Source: Octopus vulgaris (lineage: Eukaryota). From it: 64,000 nt of DNA. The position numbers and the translations under genes were made by a program. This document shows positions 15,467 to 28,549 of this stretch, in pieces. The DNA is taken from assembly GCA_951406725.2 (NCBI GenBank), contig OX597826.1:7936001-8000000 (forward strand), in the 5' to 3' direction. The number at the start of each line of letters is the position of its first letter. Position 1 is the first letter of the stretch. The notes under the pieces are model-generated. The model was given only the letters and a program-made list of their open reading frames with translations, ran no database searches and had not been told where the DNA came from.

Positions 15467-16690
15467 GGCGATGAATCCCTCTTCATTGGTATTGGAAACG
15501 ATTTTTGTTCTGAGAAACCTTTTTTGTCTATGTCGATGTTGTTTCTCTTATCGTCGTTGCGATTGTTGATATTTACCCGGAGATCACCTCTGATCCAATC
15601 CAGCAAAAAATTTGATCAAAGCCCTTCTAACTCTGACCACCTAGGCCATTTATTGTATCTAAGACTATAAAGTGCCGTTTTAGGGCGATTTGGCTACAGT
15701 TTCTAACAGGTCGATGAACCTACTTAAAGGCTCTCTGTTTGGCAGGTGTTGCAGTTGTTGCTTTTGTTATTGCTAGAGATAGAGTTCCTAGTTATTTTGT
15801 CAAAGAATGAAAGAAAGAAAAGGGAGCAAATAAGCGCAGACAGAGGGGGAAGATAAAGGAGAGAGAGGGAGAGAGATAGACTGACTGACAAACAGACAGA
15901 GACGGGGCGAGAGGAAGGAGACAGACAGATAGACAGGTATACAGATAAACTGACAGTGACGGACTTTATAGGTCGGTGGAGGTAATTACATAGAAAGACA
16001 GATATATAGAGTTAGAGAGCTAGACGGGAGAGAGATTACGAAGAGCTGGCTAGACAGAGAAGACACGTAAAAAAGGAGAGCAAGGGTTATGTTGGATGAC
16101 TTCGATTAATGCGTGAACAGCGGAACATCTACCTTTCCCGTTTATCAACTGAGCTATTCTTTTAGTCTGGCTTGCGGTATTTAGTGTTTTTTTAACACGA
16201 CGTCTTAAAGGGACTTTTCCCTGGATAAATCCCGCAAGCAATAAGCGGCGACATCGGTAATGTTTGCATTATTAGAGCTGTGTCTAATTTAAAATTTAAT
16301 CTTTATAGTTGCCAAAATGACAGTCAGACCACATTACACATCTTGGTATTTTTTCTCCGAACCAAAATTTAAATTTGTAATTCACCCGAAGAAAACATTT
16401 TGACTTCATGATATAATTGAATTATTCATCAATAAATAACGAGTCTGAAACAACTGTAGTGAACCTTTAAGCCATTTGTGTTCTTATGATATATAAATGC
16501 ATACATACATATGTGCAAGGAGGGTGTCACTCATCAGATCGGTCTTTTTCAGTAATGTCCTGGAAAGAGAATCCTTCTTTATTTAATGTTGCTTGGTACT
16601 TTAGAAAGTTTACTATTTAATCTTTATTTGGCGGGGATTTGTTCTGGTCGCATTTAATGAGGCACAAACTAACTGCATGTAAGTGCCACA

Positions 16691-17183
16691 TCGTCATAAT
16701 CATTGTTCGACCGTGGATGAGACAATGGAATTTACTATGTTACGCCAGACTTCACGGTCCATCATAGCATTACGGAGGTCCTGTTGCTGGATGCCTGTAT
16801 CCCTGGAGATTACATCAGGGTAGGAGAGTGTGCGCCCTCTGATATCGCGAGCAGATGGCTTCCAGAGGAGAAGAGGAGAAATTACCTCGTTTTCAGCTCT
16901 ACAACAATGTCCAGCAAACTGGACTCTTCTACCTTTCACAAAAGATGATACAGATGAATATGTCAACAAATGCCTGTCCAACAGTGATTTCATCATCCAT
17001 TCTCTCAACAATACGCTCTTAAATATGCTTTCTGATTACAAATATCTTGGGTCATACATATCATCATCTGAAAAAGATTTTCTAACTAGAAAGGGTATGG
17101 CCTGGTCAGCCTGTAATGATATGCATAAGATCTAGTCATCAAATCTAAGTAGAGATTTCAAACTCAAAATCTTAAAAGCCTCA
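16691..17183 (-). mobile_element. 5'-truncated RTE-clade LINE with internal inversion, flanked by a 12-bp TSD
   Basis: Minus arm 16691-~16953 encodes an RTE-type C-terminus (RRVQFAGHCCR..LLLWKP..GRTLSYPDVISRDTG..AMMDREVWRNIV). Plus arm ~16954-17183 encodes the end of the RT domain (DYKYLGSYI..KDFLTRKGMAWSACNDMHKI*SSNLSRDFKLKILKAS). TSD GTAAGTGCCACA at 16679-16690 and 17184-17195. Confidence 0.9.
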
Positions 17184-17395
17184 GTAAGTGCCACACAGTA
17201 ATATCTTCATAAGGTTTTTGCTTCACATCTAGGTTCAAGAGCAATAAAGTAAGACAGATTCAGACACTGGATGAAGGTAGTTCGTTTTCAGGACTCTCTG
17301 AGAGATGAGATGTTTGTAGAAAAATGAGACTGCAAATTATAAATAGATTTACAGACACGAAATGACATAAATATTTGACAGCTAAAGACATACAA

Positions 17396-17530
<135 letters not shown>

Positions 17531-17630
17531 AAAAATTGTCTCTTGATTAAATTTCTGCCCAAGCTTTGTTGATTAATAGCTTAATATTTATCAGTTCAGA
17601 TACATTTCTGCTCCTGAAGTTGTTGTTGTG

Positions 17631-18132
17631 ACCCCCTTTGGTCATGAATGACCATGGGATTGCACCTAGAAAGTTACCCTCCGCTGCACAAGTCTGGGCA
17701 AGGTTGTTTATGGAAGACCAGCAGTCGCTCACGAATAGCAGTCTCCATTCTCCACGTCACCGATGTTATCCAAGAGAAAGACAAAGGCCGATACAGCTTG
17801 GCACCAGTGACGTCGCAGCTCATTAACGTGCAAGTGGCTGAGCACCCCACAGACACGTGTACCCTTAACGTAGTTCTCGGGGAGATTCAGCATGAGACAG
17901 TGTGACAAGGCAGGCCCTTTGAAATACAGGTACAACAGAAAGAGGAAGAAAAACTGAGAGAAAGTTGTGGTGAAAGAGTACAGCAGGGTTCACCACCAAT
18001 TCTTGCCGGTGCCTCGTGGAGCTTTAGATGTTTTTGATCAATAAACACTCATAATGCCCGGTCTTGGAATCGAAATTGCGATCCTACGACCGCGAGTCCG
18101 CTGTCCAAACCACTGTGCCATTGCGCCTCCAC
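17631..18132 (-). mobile_element. Chimeric SINE: family C head/body plus family E tail
   Basis: 17631-17823 matches 31920-32113 (family E tail). 17824-18132 has a tRNA-like head (rc GTGGAGGCGCAATGGCACAGTGGTT..GCGGACTCGCGGTCG) shared with family D and a body shared with 5230-5325. Confidence 0.85.
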
Positions 18133-18539
18133 GCTCATGAAGTACGTGAAAAGATTTACTAGCTTTGTCGAACTTTCAGACCACGTTGTAATTCTACCTT
18201 CGAAGTTTGTATCTGACGAATATCGTTCTTCGAGCGTCCGAGTTGGTTGAGTGGAATGCCTTCCGCGGCATCATCCAAACTCTGAAATGCGGAATTGGCA
18301 CCTGCAACCTATAACAGAATTGTGGATTCAGTCATTAAAATGATCTGCATGTTCTTGTTGATACTGGCTACCTGAAATTCTTGAAATTCTGAGAGCAAAG
18401 CTAAATTCCTTGATGATTTACTAGACCTAATATAATTTTATTATATAGTTGGTTCCATAGCCCACTTTGGTTGGAGCACCACTCTAGTAAACTGGAGGTC
18501 GAGGGATCTAACCCCACCGAAGCTTGTTGGTAATTTTTA

Positions 18540-18935
18540 AGGCGCATATATGGCTGTGTGGTAAGAAGCATGCTTTCCAACTACATGGTCCTGGGTACAG
18601 TGGCACGGAATGACACCTTCGGAAAGTAACTTCCATTATAGCCATGGGCCGACTAAAGCTTTGTGAGTGGACTTGATAGACGGAAACTGAAAGAAGCCCG
18701 TCATACATATCTGTGTGTATGTTTTTGTGTTTGTATTTATGTCTCACCACTGCATGATAATTAGTGCTGGTGTGCTTATGTCTCTGTAACTTAGCAGTTC
18801 GTTAAAAGAGACCGATACAATAAGCACCAGGCTTAACAAAAAGTAGGTGCTGAGTTCGATAATTCTGCTATAAATTCTTCAAAATGGTGCCCCAGCATGG
18901 CCGTAGTGTAGTGACTGAAAATAGTAAAAGATAAA
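18540..18935 (+). mobile_element. Family B SINE, full length, diverged
   Basis: GGCGCA..TGGCTGTGTGGTAAGAAGC..GAAAGAAGCCCGTC..TAACTTAGCAGTTCG..CCCCAGCATGGCCG..GACTGAAA. Confidence 0.9.
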
Positions 18936-18995
18936 GATAAAATTCCACACATCCTTTAACAAGTTCCATAAAAATTCAAAATAGAGGAGATTTAA

Positions 18996-19792
18996 CCCCT
19001 TAATAGATCAATTATTTTGGCATGGCATTTCATTTCAGAGCATTCATTTTTTTTTCTTTAATTATATACAGTGTTAATTACAAAATTTTTTATTATAGAA
19101 ATTAAAATGTACTTTTACTTATTTGGATTTAAACGAGTTAACTCGGACATTGAAAAAATACATATAACTTAACTATCTTCGATTCTCATAAGATGCATTG
19201 CTGTTAAACCAAAGGAAAAATTTTATTTAGAAGGATAATTTTTAAAAACAAGGAGTTACACACAAAGTTATCTTTCTGACATCACACACGTATCTGCTTT
19301 CTCTTCGAATCTTCTTTCCTTTAGCGTCTCTCTTCTTTGCGCATTTTGCACACTGTCTTGTGGGGTTCTTTTCTTATCCCTTGGTGGTTTTTCCATGGGA
19401 AAGTGACCAGCCGGGGCAAATCTTGTTGGATGTGGGATCGATGATGATCTTCCTGGTATCTTGGGAGGCAATAAGGGCTTATATTTTTCAATAATCTAGG
19501 TGATTATTTGCATTCTAAATTTCAGCGGTTTCAAAGCAGAAACTGAAGTTTCCAAAGATGCTTTATACAAAACATAAGCATTCCAGATAGCCAAATCAAT
19601 CAAATGAAAAAATACATATTTTTTTTAAACTGCACGAGTAAATTCGTGATTGCTCAATAATGAAATGACACAAAACAAATAAACTCTTTTGAGTGCTAAA
19701 ATCATAAGTTAATTTTGACCAAGTATACTCATCTAGTTCTAAAAAGATACATTTGCGATGCACGAGTAAACTCGGGATAATCCATTAAGGGG
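18996..19792 (-). mobile_element. Internally deleted piggyBac transposon retaining the transposase C-terminus
   Basis: TTAA TSDs at 18992-18995 and 19793-19796; TIRs CCCCTTAATAGATCA / TAATCCATTAAGGGG. Reverse frames give FFHLIDLAIWNAYVLYK..FRMQII..GHFP..(fs)RQCAKC..RRESRYVCDV..LCVTPCF, the cysteine-rich domain of piggyBac/PGBD transposases. Confidence 0.92.
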
Positions 19793-20530
19793 TTAATCCA
19801 CGCAAATATCTAAAACGAAGCATCTACTGGATTGAATAATATAAGAAAATTGGAATAATAAATCATCATAAAAAAATAAATCGTCATAATCTTCTAATGC
19901 ATTGCTTGTTTGGGGAATTTTTAGAAGGGGACATATTGTAGACTACGCGAAGGGGTCGTTTGCAAAATGCCATTCTGTGAAAGGGGCGCAGAACTACAAA
20001 AGTTTGAGAGTCACATCCTAAGTTTAGTTAGGTCTGTTTGTTTACATTCTAGTAAATTTTAATTCCAGGTTCGAAATTTCCTTTCGTGCCATTGTGCTCC
20101 ATAGAGACAGTGCCAACGAAAGGAGTGGGATTGTTACTGTTAGTTCAACAGGCTAGAAATAATAGCGAATTCCACGTTCAAATAGTATGATTTAAAAAGA
20201 AGAAAGGACACATTGGATAATTACACAAAGTGAGAATAAAAGAATGGAAGCTCTGCTGGAGCATCTTTCATCAGAGATCAAAGACGGTCTGGCGTGGCTG
20301 ACCTAGGGCTATAATAACAATCGAACACCCGTCATGGACTTTGATGAATTCAGTCATCAATGCCTCACTCATACAAATAGGTGGCCATGAGCCAATGGAA
20401 TTAATTGATAATCTTAAAATGACAAAAATGCAATTGTCAGAGTATCAGGTACACACACACACACACACACAAAGGCACACGCACATATATACATATATAG
20501 ATGTGTGTGTTTGCGTGCGCGCAAATATTG

Positions 20531-20577
<47 letters not shown>

Positions 20578-20991
20578 ATATAAGCATATACATGCATATA
20601 CAGAGTATATGCATGTATGTTTTTAATATATGCATACACACACACAAAGAAATGACAATATTAATGTGTGACAGACTCATTTCGGAATATTTCACATTCG
20701 ATTCTTCGTCGCCTGAACATCGATATCGAGAACACACATTAGCGTTTCACATTCCACTTGGCTAACAAAATATTCGTCTAATATTTCATGAATCCATGCC
20801 CGGTATTTTCATGCATTTTGTTTTATTTATTCGCTTCAATAAACTTCTCTTTTTATATTTATTTTCGGCAACGCAAAGTGAGCCCTGAGTGAGTATATTG
20901 TTTCAAACGCATTTTATGACCGTCTGGCCTGTTTTCATTTTTCGCTCATTATTCAGCCTATTACTATAATATATTATTCAATCAATGCCTC

Positions 20992-21089
<98 letters not shown>

Positions 21090-21111
21090 TCGAGCCTATG
21101 CTCACTCTCAC

Positions 21112-21259
21112 TCTCCTTGTTTCTTTCTGTGTTCCTTTCTGTGGAAGAGCTTAGGCTCGAAACGTTAAAACCTTTTTCACTTCCTGAGCGTTATACTAAT
21201 ACATATATTTGGTGACTACACCACCTCTCTTCGTCTTTTGTTTTCTTTTTGTGAATTCT

Positions 21260-21262
<3 letters not shown>
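21112..21262 (+). mobile_element. Family F repeat (probable Penelope-like terminal repeat) with hammerhead-like motif; copies at 46428-46623 (-) and 48899-49088 (-)
   Basis: Three mutually similar copies next to (TA)n containing CTTT-CTGT(G/A)GA-A-GAGC-(t/g)tag-GCTC-GAAAC-G(T/C)H-AAA. Confidence 0.7.
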
Positions 21263-21310
<48 letters not shown>

Positions 21311-21326
21311 TAGATAGACAGATAGC

Positions 21327-21416
<90 letters not shown>

Positions 21417-21464
21417 TAGATATAGATATATACATATAAAGATACGTGTGGGGGTGCATGTGTG

Positions 21465-21750
21465 TCTTTGCGTATGTGTTTGTTCCCCGCCACTACCTGA
21501 CAACTCGTGTTGATGTGTTTAAGTCCCCGTAATCTAGCAGTCTGACAAAAGTAATCGACAGAATAAGTGCTAGACTTAAAAAAATATACTTCAAGGTAGT
21601 TCCTAGCATGGTTGCAGTCTAGTAGTAAGTAGCCCGCTAACCAACCACATGGTTCTGGGTTCAGTCCCACTGAGTGCCACCTTAGGCAAGTGTCTTCTAC
21701 TATAGCCTCGGGCCAACCAAAGCCTTGTGAGTGGATTCCGTAGACTAAAT
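21465..21750 (+). mobile_element. Family B SINE fragments: 3' half followed by the 5' half of another copy
   Basis: TTTAAGTCCCCGTAATCTAGCAGT..CCTAGCATGGTTGCAGTC, then CCAACCACATGGTTCTGGGTTCAGTCCCACT..AAAGCCTTGTGAGTGGATT. Confidence 0.8.
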
Positions 21751-21821
21751 TTTTACACACTAGGCCACTGGTAATAGAAATTTCTCATATTTCTGATTAC
21801 TCTTCGACATTATTATTATTA

Positions 21822-21880
<59 letters not shown>

Positions 21881-22169
21881 GCATGCATGTATCTATGTAT
21901 AAATGCATACATACACACACGTATGTGTGCGTGTATGTATCCTATATACACACACACACATATGGGGATGTGTATGTGTGCATACATATGCGTGTGTGTG
22001 TGTATATATATGGAGAGACAAAGGCTTACAGGAAGGGAGAGAGCATCGGTTGAAACACGAAACAGACGGTAATGAAAACTCTAACTGTCCTTACATAAGT
22101 TGAGTTGATACGGAGTTCGTTGCAGAGGCTCACTGTTATGCTAACTCATTCGAGTCACAGCTCGATACA

Positions 22170-22217
<48 letters not shown>

Positions 22218-22404
22218 TACGCATGTGTATACGTGTGTGTATATATACAATGTGGTGCTGAAAAGTTAATGGGTCGAGTAAAAGATATAATTTTATTCAA
22301 CGGAAAAGGCCGTTCTATATATATAGATATATACATACAAAGATACGCGTGTGTGTGTGTGTTTGTGAGTGTGTGTGTGTGTGTGTGTCTGTGTGTGTGC
22401 GTGC

Positions 22405-22465
<61 letters not shown>

Positions 22466-22517
22466 GTGTGTGTGTGTTTGCGTTTGTTTCCTACCACTAC
22501 ATGACAACTGGTGTGGT

Positions 22518-22700
22518 GTGTAAAAAAGTTCACAGGAAGAAAAGTCACAGAGGTTTTGTCCGATGGGGGTTATCTCCGAAGGGGTTTTATCCGGATCCCA
22601 TTAATTAATTGTGACTTTATAACCGGCCACCATAAATTAACTGAATTTTTTCCTAGCCAAAATTGTGACTTTATTACTGTGAGTTTTTTTCTTGTCCTTT
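22518..22700. mobile_element. Small foldback/MITE-like element built from AAAAGTCACA motifs
   Basis: Left end AAAAAAGTTCACAGGAAGAAAAGTCACA is mirrored by right end TGTGACTTTATTACTGTGAGTTTTTT. Confidence 0.5.
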
Positions 22701-22867
22701 TATTCAATTTATTCAACATATACACCGCCCAGATTCACGCACGCATTGCAGCGGTACTTCAGTCTTTCTGAGCCCTTAAAAGAACTTGGACGGACGGGCG
22801 TTCAACTAGGCCTTCGCGATACCTTCGTATGCGTGTGTGTGTGTGTGCGTATGTATGTGCATGTGAA

Positions 22868-22903
<36 letters not shown>

Positions 22904-22984
22904 AATTCGCCTGTTGTGATTTCTTCATCAGCGGTTACCAGAGAGGAAAAACTTAAGGGAAAATCACAGTGTGTATTACAGCCC

Positions 22985-23370
22985 CGTATATGTACAAGGC
23001 CCGAAATTTTGGAGGAAGTGGGGGAAGTCCATTAGATCGACCCCAGTAGGCAACTGTTAATTTGTCGACCTCGAAAGGATGAAAGCCAAAGTCGACCTCG
23101 GGGGAGTTTGAACTCAGAACGTAAAGACAGACAGAATACCTATTTCTTTACTACCCACAAGGGGCTAAACACAGAGAGGACAAACAAGGACAGACAGACG
23201 GGTTAAGTCGATTACATCGACCCCAATGCGTAAGTGGTACTTAATTTATCGACCCCGAAAGGATGAAAGGCAAAGTCGACCTCGGCGGAATTTGAACTCA
23301 GAACGTAGCGGCAGACGAAATACCGCTAAGCATTTCGCCCGGCGTGCTAACGTTTCTGCCAGCTCGCCGT
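22985..23370 (-). mobile_element. Family A SINE dimer
   Basis: Two bodies joined at GAATACC|TATTTCTTTACTACCCACAAGGGG (~23140), with a single head at ~23370. Confidence 0.9.
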
Positions 23371-23961
23371 CTTGAGGAGCCGGAATAATTGTGAAAACTT
23401 GTACGTCTTAAAGATTAAATATTAATTTTGGAAAATCGTTATAAATACCAAGTTAGCATTAAAACGATCAGTAACTTAATTAACTTACGGAATTTAGCAT
23501 GGTAGTAATTATATAAATAAATGTCTTGCAAACGTAATGGAGCTAGGTTTCTTTGAGTAAAGTATGTTAATAAAGATGTCGATACATAATGTCGTGAGTT
23601 GCCTAAGACAATTAATACATACGTATATAAAGACACAACAATGCACTCATTGTATAGACAAATGCAGAATCAGAGACGTACATATATATAATATGTGTAG
23701 GAATGCATATACATGCATGTATGCATATATGTATGTATGTAAGTAGGTAGGTTTGTATGTATGTACGGATGCATACATATTTAAGAATTTTTATATGTAT
23801 CCCTCTGTATGTTAACATAAAGGATTCTATCTATCAATCTATCTATCGATCGATCTATCAGTATGTATACCGGTTTGTCTATCTAGCTCTCTGTCGTGAG
23901 GTCTATATAGCTATCATTTTATCTATTAATTCATCTATCTCTCTCATTCTTTCTCTCTCCC

Positions 23962-24009
<48 letters not shown>

Positions 24010-24105
24010 ATATATGTCTTTGTAACTACATATGCGAAGAAATAAGCTCGCGACAATATATATAAACAGACAATGAAATTTGAATAGATGACTCATACAT
24101 ATATA

Positions 24106-24160
<55 letters not shown>

Positions 24161-24417
24161 GCATGTATATATGCAAATATGCATGCTATGTATATATATA
24201 TATATATCTTCGGAGACATGAATCGCAGGAGGACAAAGAAACGTAGAAAGAAAGAAAGAAAGAAACGAAACGAAACGAAATTGACAAAAAAAAAAGTACG
24301 AAAGATGAAAGAAAAATATGGAGGAAAGAAGAAAGTATCAACGAATGACTAAATGGAAGAAAGAGAATGGTGTGGGTGCATACATGCATGTATGCAATCA
24401 CACACCTACATTTATAA

Positions 24418-24526
<109 letters not shown>

Positions 24527-25010
24527 TATGTATAATAATATACATGTATATATATATTGCCTTAGGGGTATGGTGTATTCTGCCTTATATAGTCTATTTG
24601 CAACATAAATCTTCATGGAGGAATTTTCTTTCTGTCTTTATAGAAATGCTCTCTTTTCTTTCAATGTGTGTTTCCTCTGCTCTCATTATTTCATATTTGC
24701 TTTGAGCGTTAAATCTTGATCTACCAGTATGTGCCGCTGTGTTTTTATGCGGCAATGAGCGTGTGTATGTTTGTGTGTGTGTGTGTGTGTGTCATTGTGT
24801 GTGTGTATATATGTGTACGAGTGTGTCTGGGTGACTAAGATTGTAATTGAGCATAATCTTTTCAAATTGGTTCGTGTGTGTGTGTGTGTGTGTGTATGTG
24901 TGTGTGTATGTGTGTGTGTGTGTGTGTATGTGTTTGCGTGTATATTTGTATGTATGCGAGCTTGTATGTGTATGCATATGTATGTACATGCTTGTGTAAA
25001 TATACGTGTG

Positions 25011-25063
<53 letters not shown>

Positions 25064-25064
25064 T

Positions 25065-25110
<46 letters not shown>

Positions 25111-25313
25111 TATGCATATGAATATACTTGCGCACCTGTATATACATACAGACAGTCAGTCAAACATATATTATACATCGTAGTACACGCATATCACTGT
25201 ATGTATGCATATAGTATGTATTCGTATATATTTATTATTAAATACATGTGCATAGTGGGTGCATAATATTTAAAATGTGGCAGTATCTATCTTCCTATTC
25301 ATCTAACTGTCTG

Positions 25314-25372
<59 letters not shown>

Positions 25373-25404
25373 GTCTAACTATCCATCTATCAATCAATCA
25401 ATCA

Positions 25405-25465
<61 letters not shown>

Positions 25466-25613
25466 ATTATCTATCATCAGTGTGTGTCATCAGTGTGTGT
25501 ATTGGAATTTCTACTGGAAAAAGATATACTATGCTTGTTCGTATATATGATCTCATGCTGTGGTCATGACGATGATGATGACAATGATGATGGTAACGAC
25601 GGTGGTAATGATA

Positions 25614-25666
<53 letters not shown>

Positions 25667-26265
25667 ACTGATGATTATGATGAGGATGAAGACGACAACG
25701 ACGTCGACGAAGACGCTGATGATGATAACGATGATGATGATGCCGTCTACAATGACAATGACGTCGATGACGACGACCATAAGGATAGTTGTGATGACGA
25801 TCATTAAAAGGATGTAGAGAGTATAAAGGGAATGATGACAAGATTGTTGTGGTAGTGGTGGTGATGGTGGTGGTGGTGGCTCTACAGTAGCTGCTGCTGC
25901 TGCTGCTGACGGTGACGGCGTAAATGGTAATGACGGTGTAGATGGCAGTGGTTGTCTTGTGTATTGTATAATGATGCCATCTACGTATATCTATGCATCG
26001 CCATTTACGTCAGTCTATAAGCTAGAGTTGAAACAAGTGCTACAAAATATACGGAGCTGTTGCTAAGACGAGGGATCGAATGCATGTACAAGCATACAAT
26101 ATTTGAAAACGTATCTATACGCTACTGTTTATGTAGGAATATCTTCATACTTGGACTTGTATGTATACAATACATTTATATATTTATGTTTATATATATA
26201 TACACATATATATATATATATACAAATATACATACATACATATATATATATACATACATACATAT

Positions 26266-26319
<54 letters not shown>

Positions 26320-26347
26320 GGATAGGTAGATGGATGAATAGATAGGT

Positions 26348-26381
<34 letters not shown>

Positions 26382-27826
26382 AGTGACAGACAGACAGACA
26401 GACCGACAGAGAGAGGGGACAAAGAATGATGCAAATAAACAAATAAAACCGTTTGGGCCAGATATGTAAAATGCACACATATATATGTAAATAAAGGGAA
26501 AACAATGACTGAGAATATTTAGACGATGAAGATCCATGCATAAATATACAGATATTTATACATTAACAGACCAGGCTCGCACAGTGAACAAGAACAGAAG
26601 AAATTAAGGAGAGAATGTATGGTATCACAGGTCCGACAGCTGTTTGAATCTGCTCGGAATTACGTCATAATTTTGCCAGATGCAGTTCGCAAAAAAGTTA
26701 AAGATATGCAAACAGTATTGGAAGCACGTGAACATTAGTGAAACCCAGTCACCTTTTCCAAGGTGGAGAAGTATCTATCTCTCCATCCTGAAGAGGGAAG
26801 CCGGATTTCTCTCTGTTGCCATGTATACATGTACGTATATTTTGTTTTTAGAAGGTAATAACGTGCGAGATTTTCAAGAGATTTGTCTTATTTTTCTTTT
26901 AGGATGTTCGAACTCGTAAAGGCTTCCCTGAAGCTTTTATATAATGTAGTTCATCTCTGTGTATTTTTAGTACAAACAGTTATGAAAGATGTGATAGTTT
27001 GACCTTTTGTTATTCAGTTTTATGCTTCTCATTTTCCAGCTGAAATTACAGCCAAAACAATTTATATTTATCATCACTCATCGGGTAAGTTAATCCAATA
27101 GACAATTAATTTGATTTTTCCTTCGTAAACGTTAACCTTGCCCCTTCTGAAAACAAATAGGTTTTGTTTCTCGCAATGAATAATTTCAGTTCCCTTAAAA
27201 TACTTTTGCCGTTGTTGTGTTGTTTTTTTATCTCAAATAAACAAGCAACTTTCACCATATTATATTTCTCCCCTCAAAATTATGAACTGAGTATTTCTGA
27301 ATGCAATTGGCACTTTAAGAGTAATTCCATTGTAAAAAGGCATGGAACTGGCAGATTCGTTAGAATATGTTCCAAAATACATGGGGGTCTTTGTTACGGT
27401 TCCCTACACTCTGAGTTCTAACTTCACAAAGGTCAACACTTCATTTTATTGTTTCGAAATCAATAAACTCAAGTACAAGTGAAAATATTAGGTCAAAGGT
27501 AATACTTTTCGAGGCATGACCTTCGACCTTCTCATACTTTCACTTGACAATCTGCTGAGAACCTAATAAGGTTTGAAAATCGACTAAGGTTGTTCATCGT
27601 TTTTTTCAATCAGCGGAGAAATGGCTAAAGTTTTCTCTCTTTATAATTATAACATGTTATATATATGTGTGTGTAAATAACGGACAGAGTCAAAACTATT
27701 GAAAAGGTTGCAAGACGCAACGAAAATTTTAGGACAATAAAAATGAGAAAAAAGTGGAAATTTTACCGGTGAGTGTGTTAAATAATAAGGCACAAAAAGA
27801 AAATGACTCTCCTCAGAAACAACAGA

Positions 27827-27879
<53 letters not shown>

Positions 27880-27880
<1 letters not shown>

Positions 27881-28195
27881 AATGTTAAAATAATGGTCAT
27901 TACATATAATTCCTTTATTGGAGCAAATTTGGCTTACAGCTGTTTCTGGTAGTCATTATATGTGCATTACTGATACATTTACGGTTGAGAACATTTGAAC
28001 GACCTTTATTATAACCAGAAATGACTCTGACGAAAGTAGCATTAATTCTTTTAGGTAGTTCAATGTTTCTCAATTGATCAATAGACCAAATGAATAAATA
28101 CTTCATTGATGTACCTATAATTATTACTCGAAACAGCTGTGAGCCAAATTTTCTCCAATAAAGTAAATATATGTAAAGACCATTAACTTTAACTT
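27880..28195. repeat. Long inverted repeat (~75-bp arms), probable Penelope-like terminal repeat pair
   Basis: TAATGGTCATTACATATAATTCCTTTATTGGAGCAAATTTGGCTTACAGCTGTTTC versus GAAACAGCTGTGAGCCAAATTTTCTCCAATAAAGTAAATATATGTAAAGACCATTA. Confidence 0.75.
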
Positions 28196-28219
28196 GTTTT
28201 ATAAATCACTCTGTACAAA

Positions 28220-28505
28220 AGCTAGCTGCTGCTGCTGTTTTCGACTTTACCAGAGGTATTGGTGGCGGTGGTGATGGACAGGTTGAGGATATTAATAGAG
28301 ATGATAACGATGTTCGTCACGAGGATGCCGATGGTGGCGGTATTGGTGATATTAGTAGTCGATGAATGGTGAGTGAGTGGTGGGTAAGTGGTGGTGATAG
28401 TGGTGGTAGTGGTAATAGTGCTGACAGTAGTGGTATTGCTGGGGCTTATGATGTTTATCGTGTAATAGAATATGACAGCGGATGTGGTGTTATAGATGAT
28501 ATTGG

Positions 28506-28549
<44 letters not shown>

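Noticed and set aside
16210-16221. NF-kB-like site GGGACTTTTCCC; also a CCAAT box at ~460 and a GTAGATGGCA/TGCCATCTAC inverted pair at ~25938-25984
   Set aside because: Isolated short motifs are expected by chance in 64 kb and have no supporting context.
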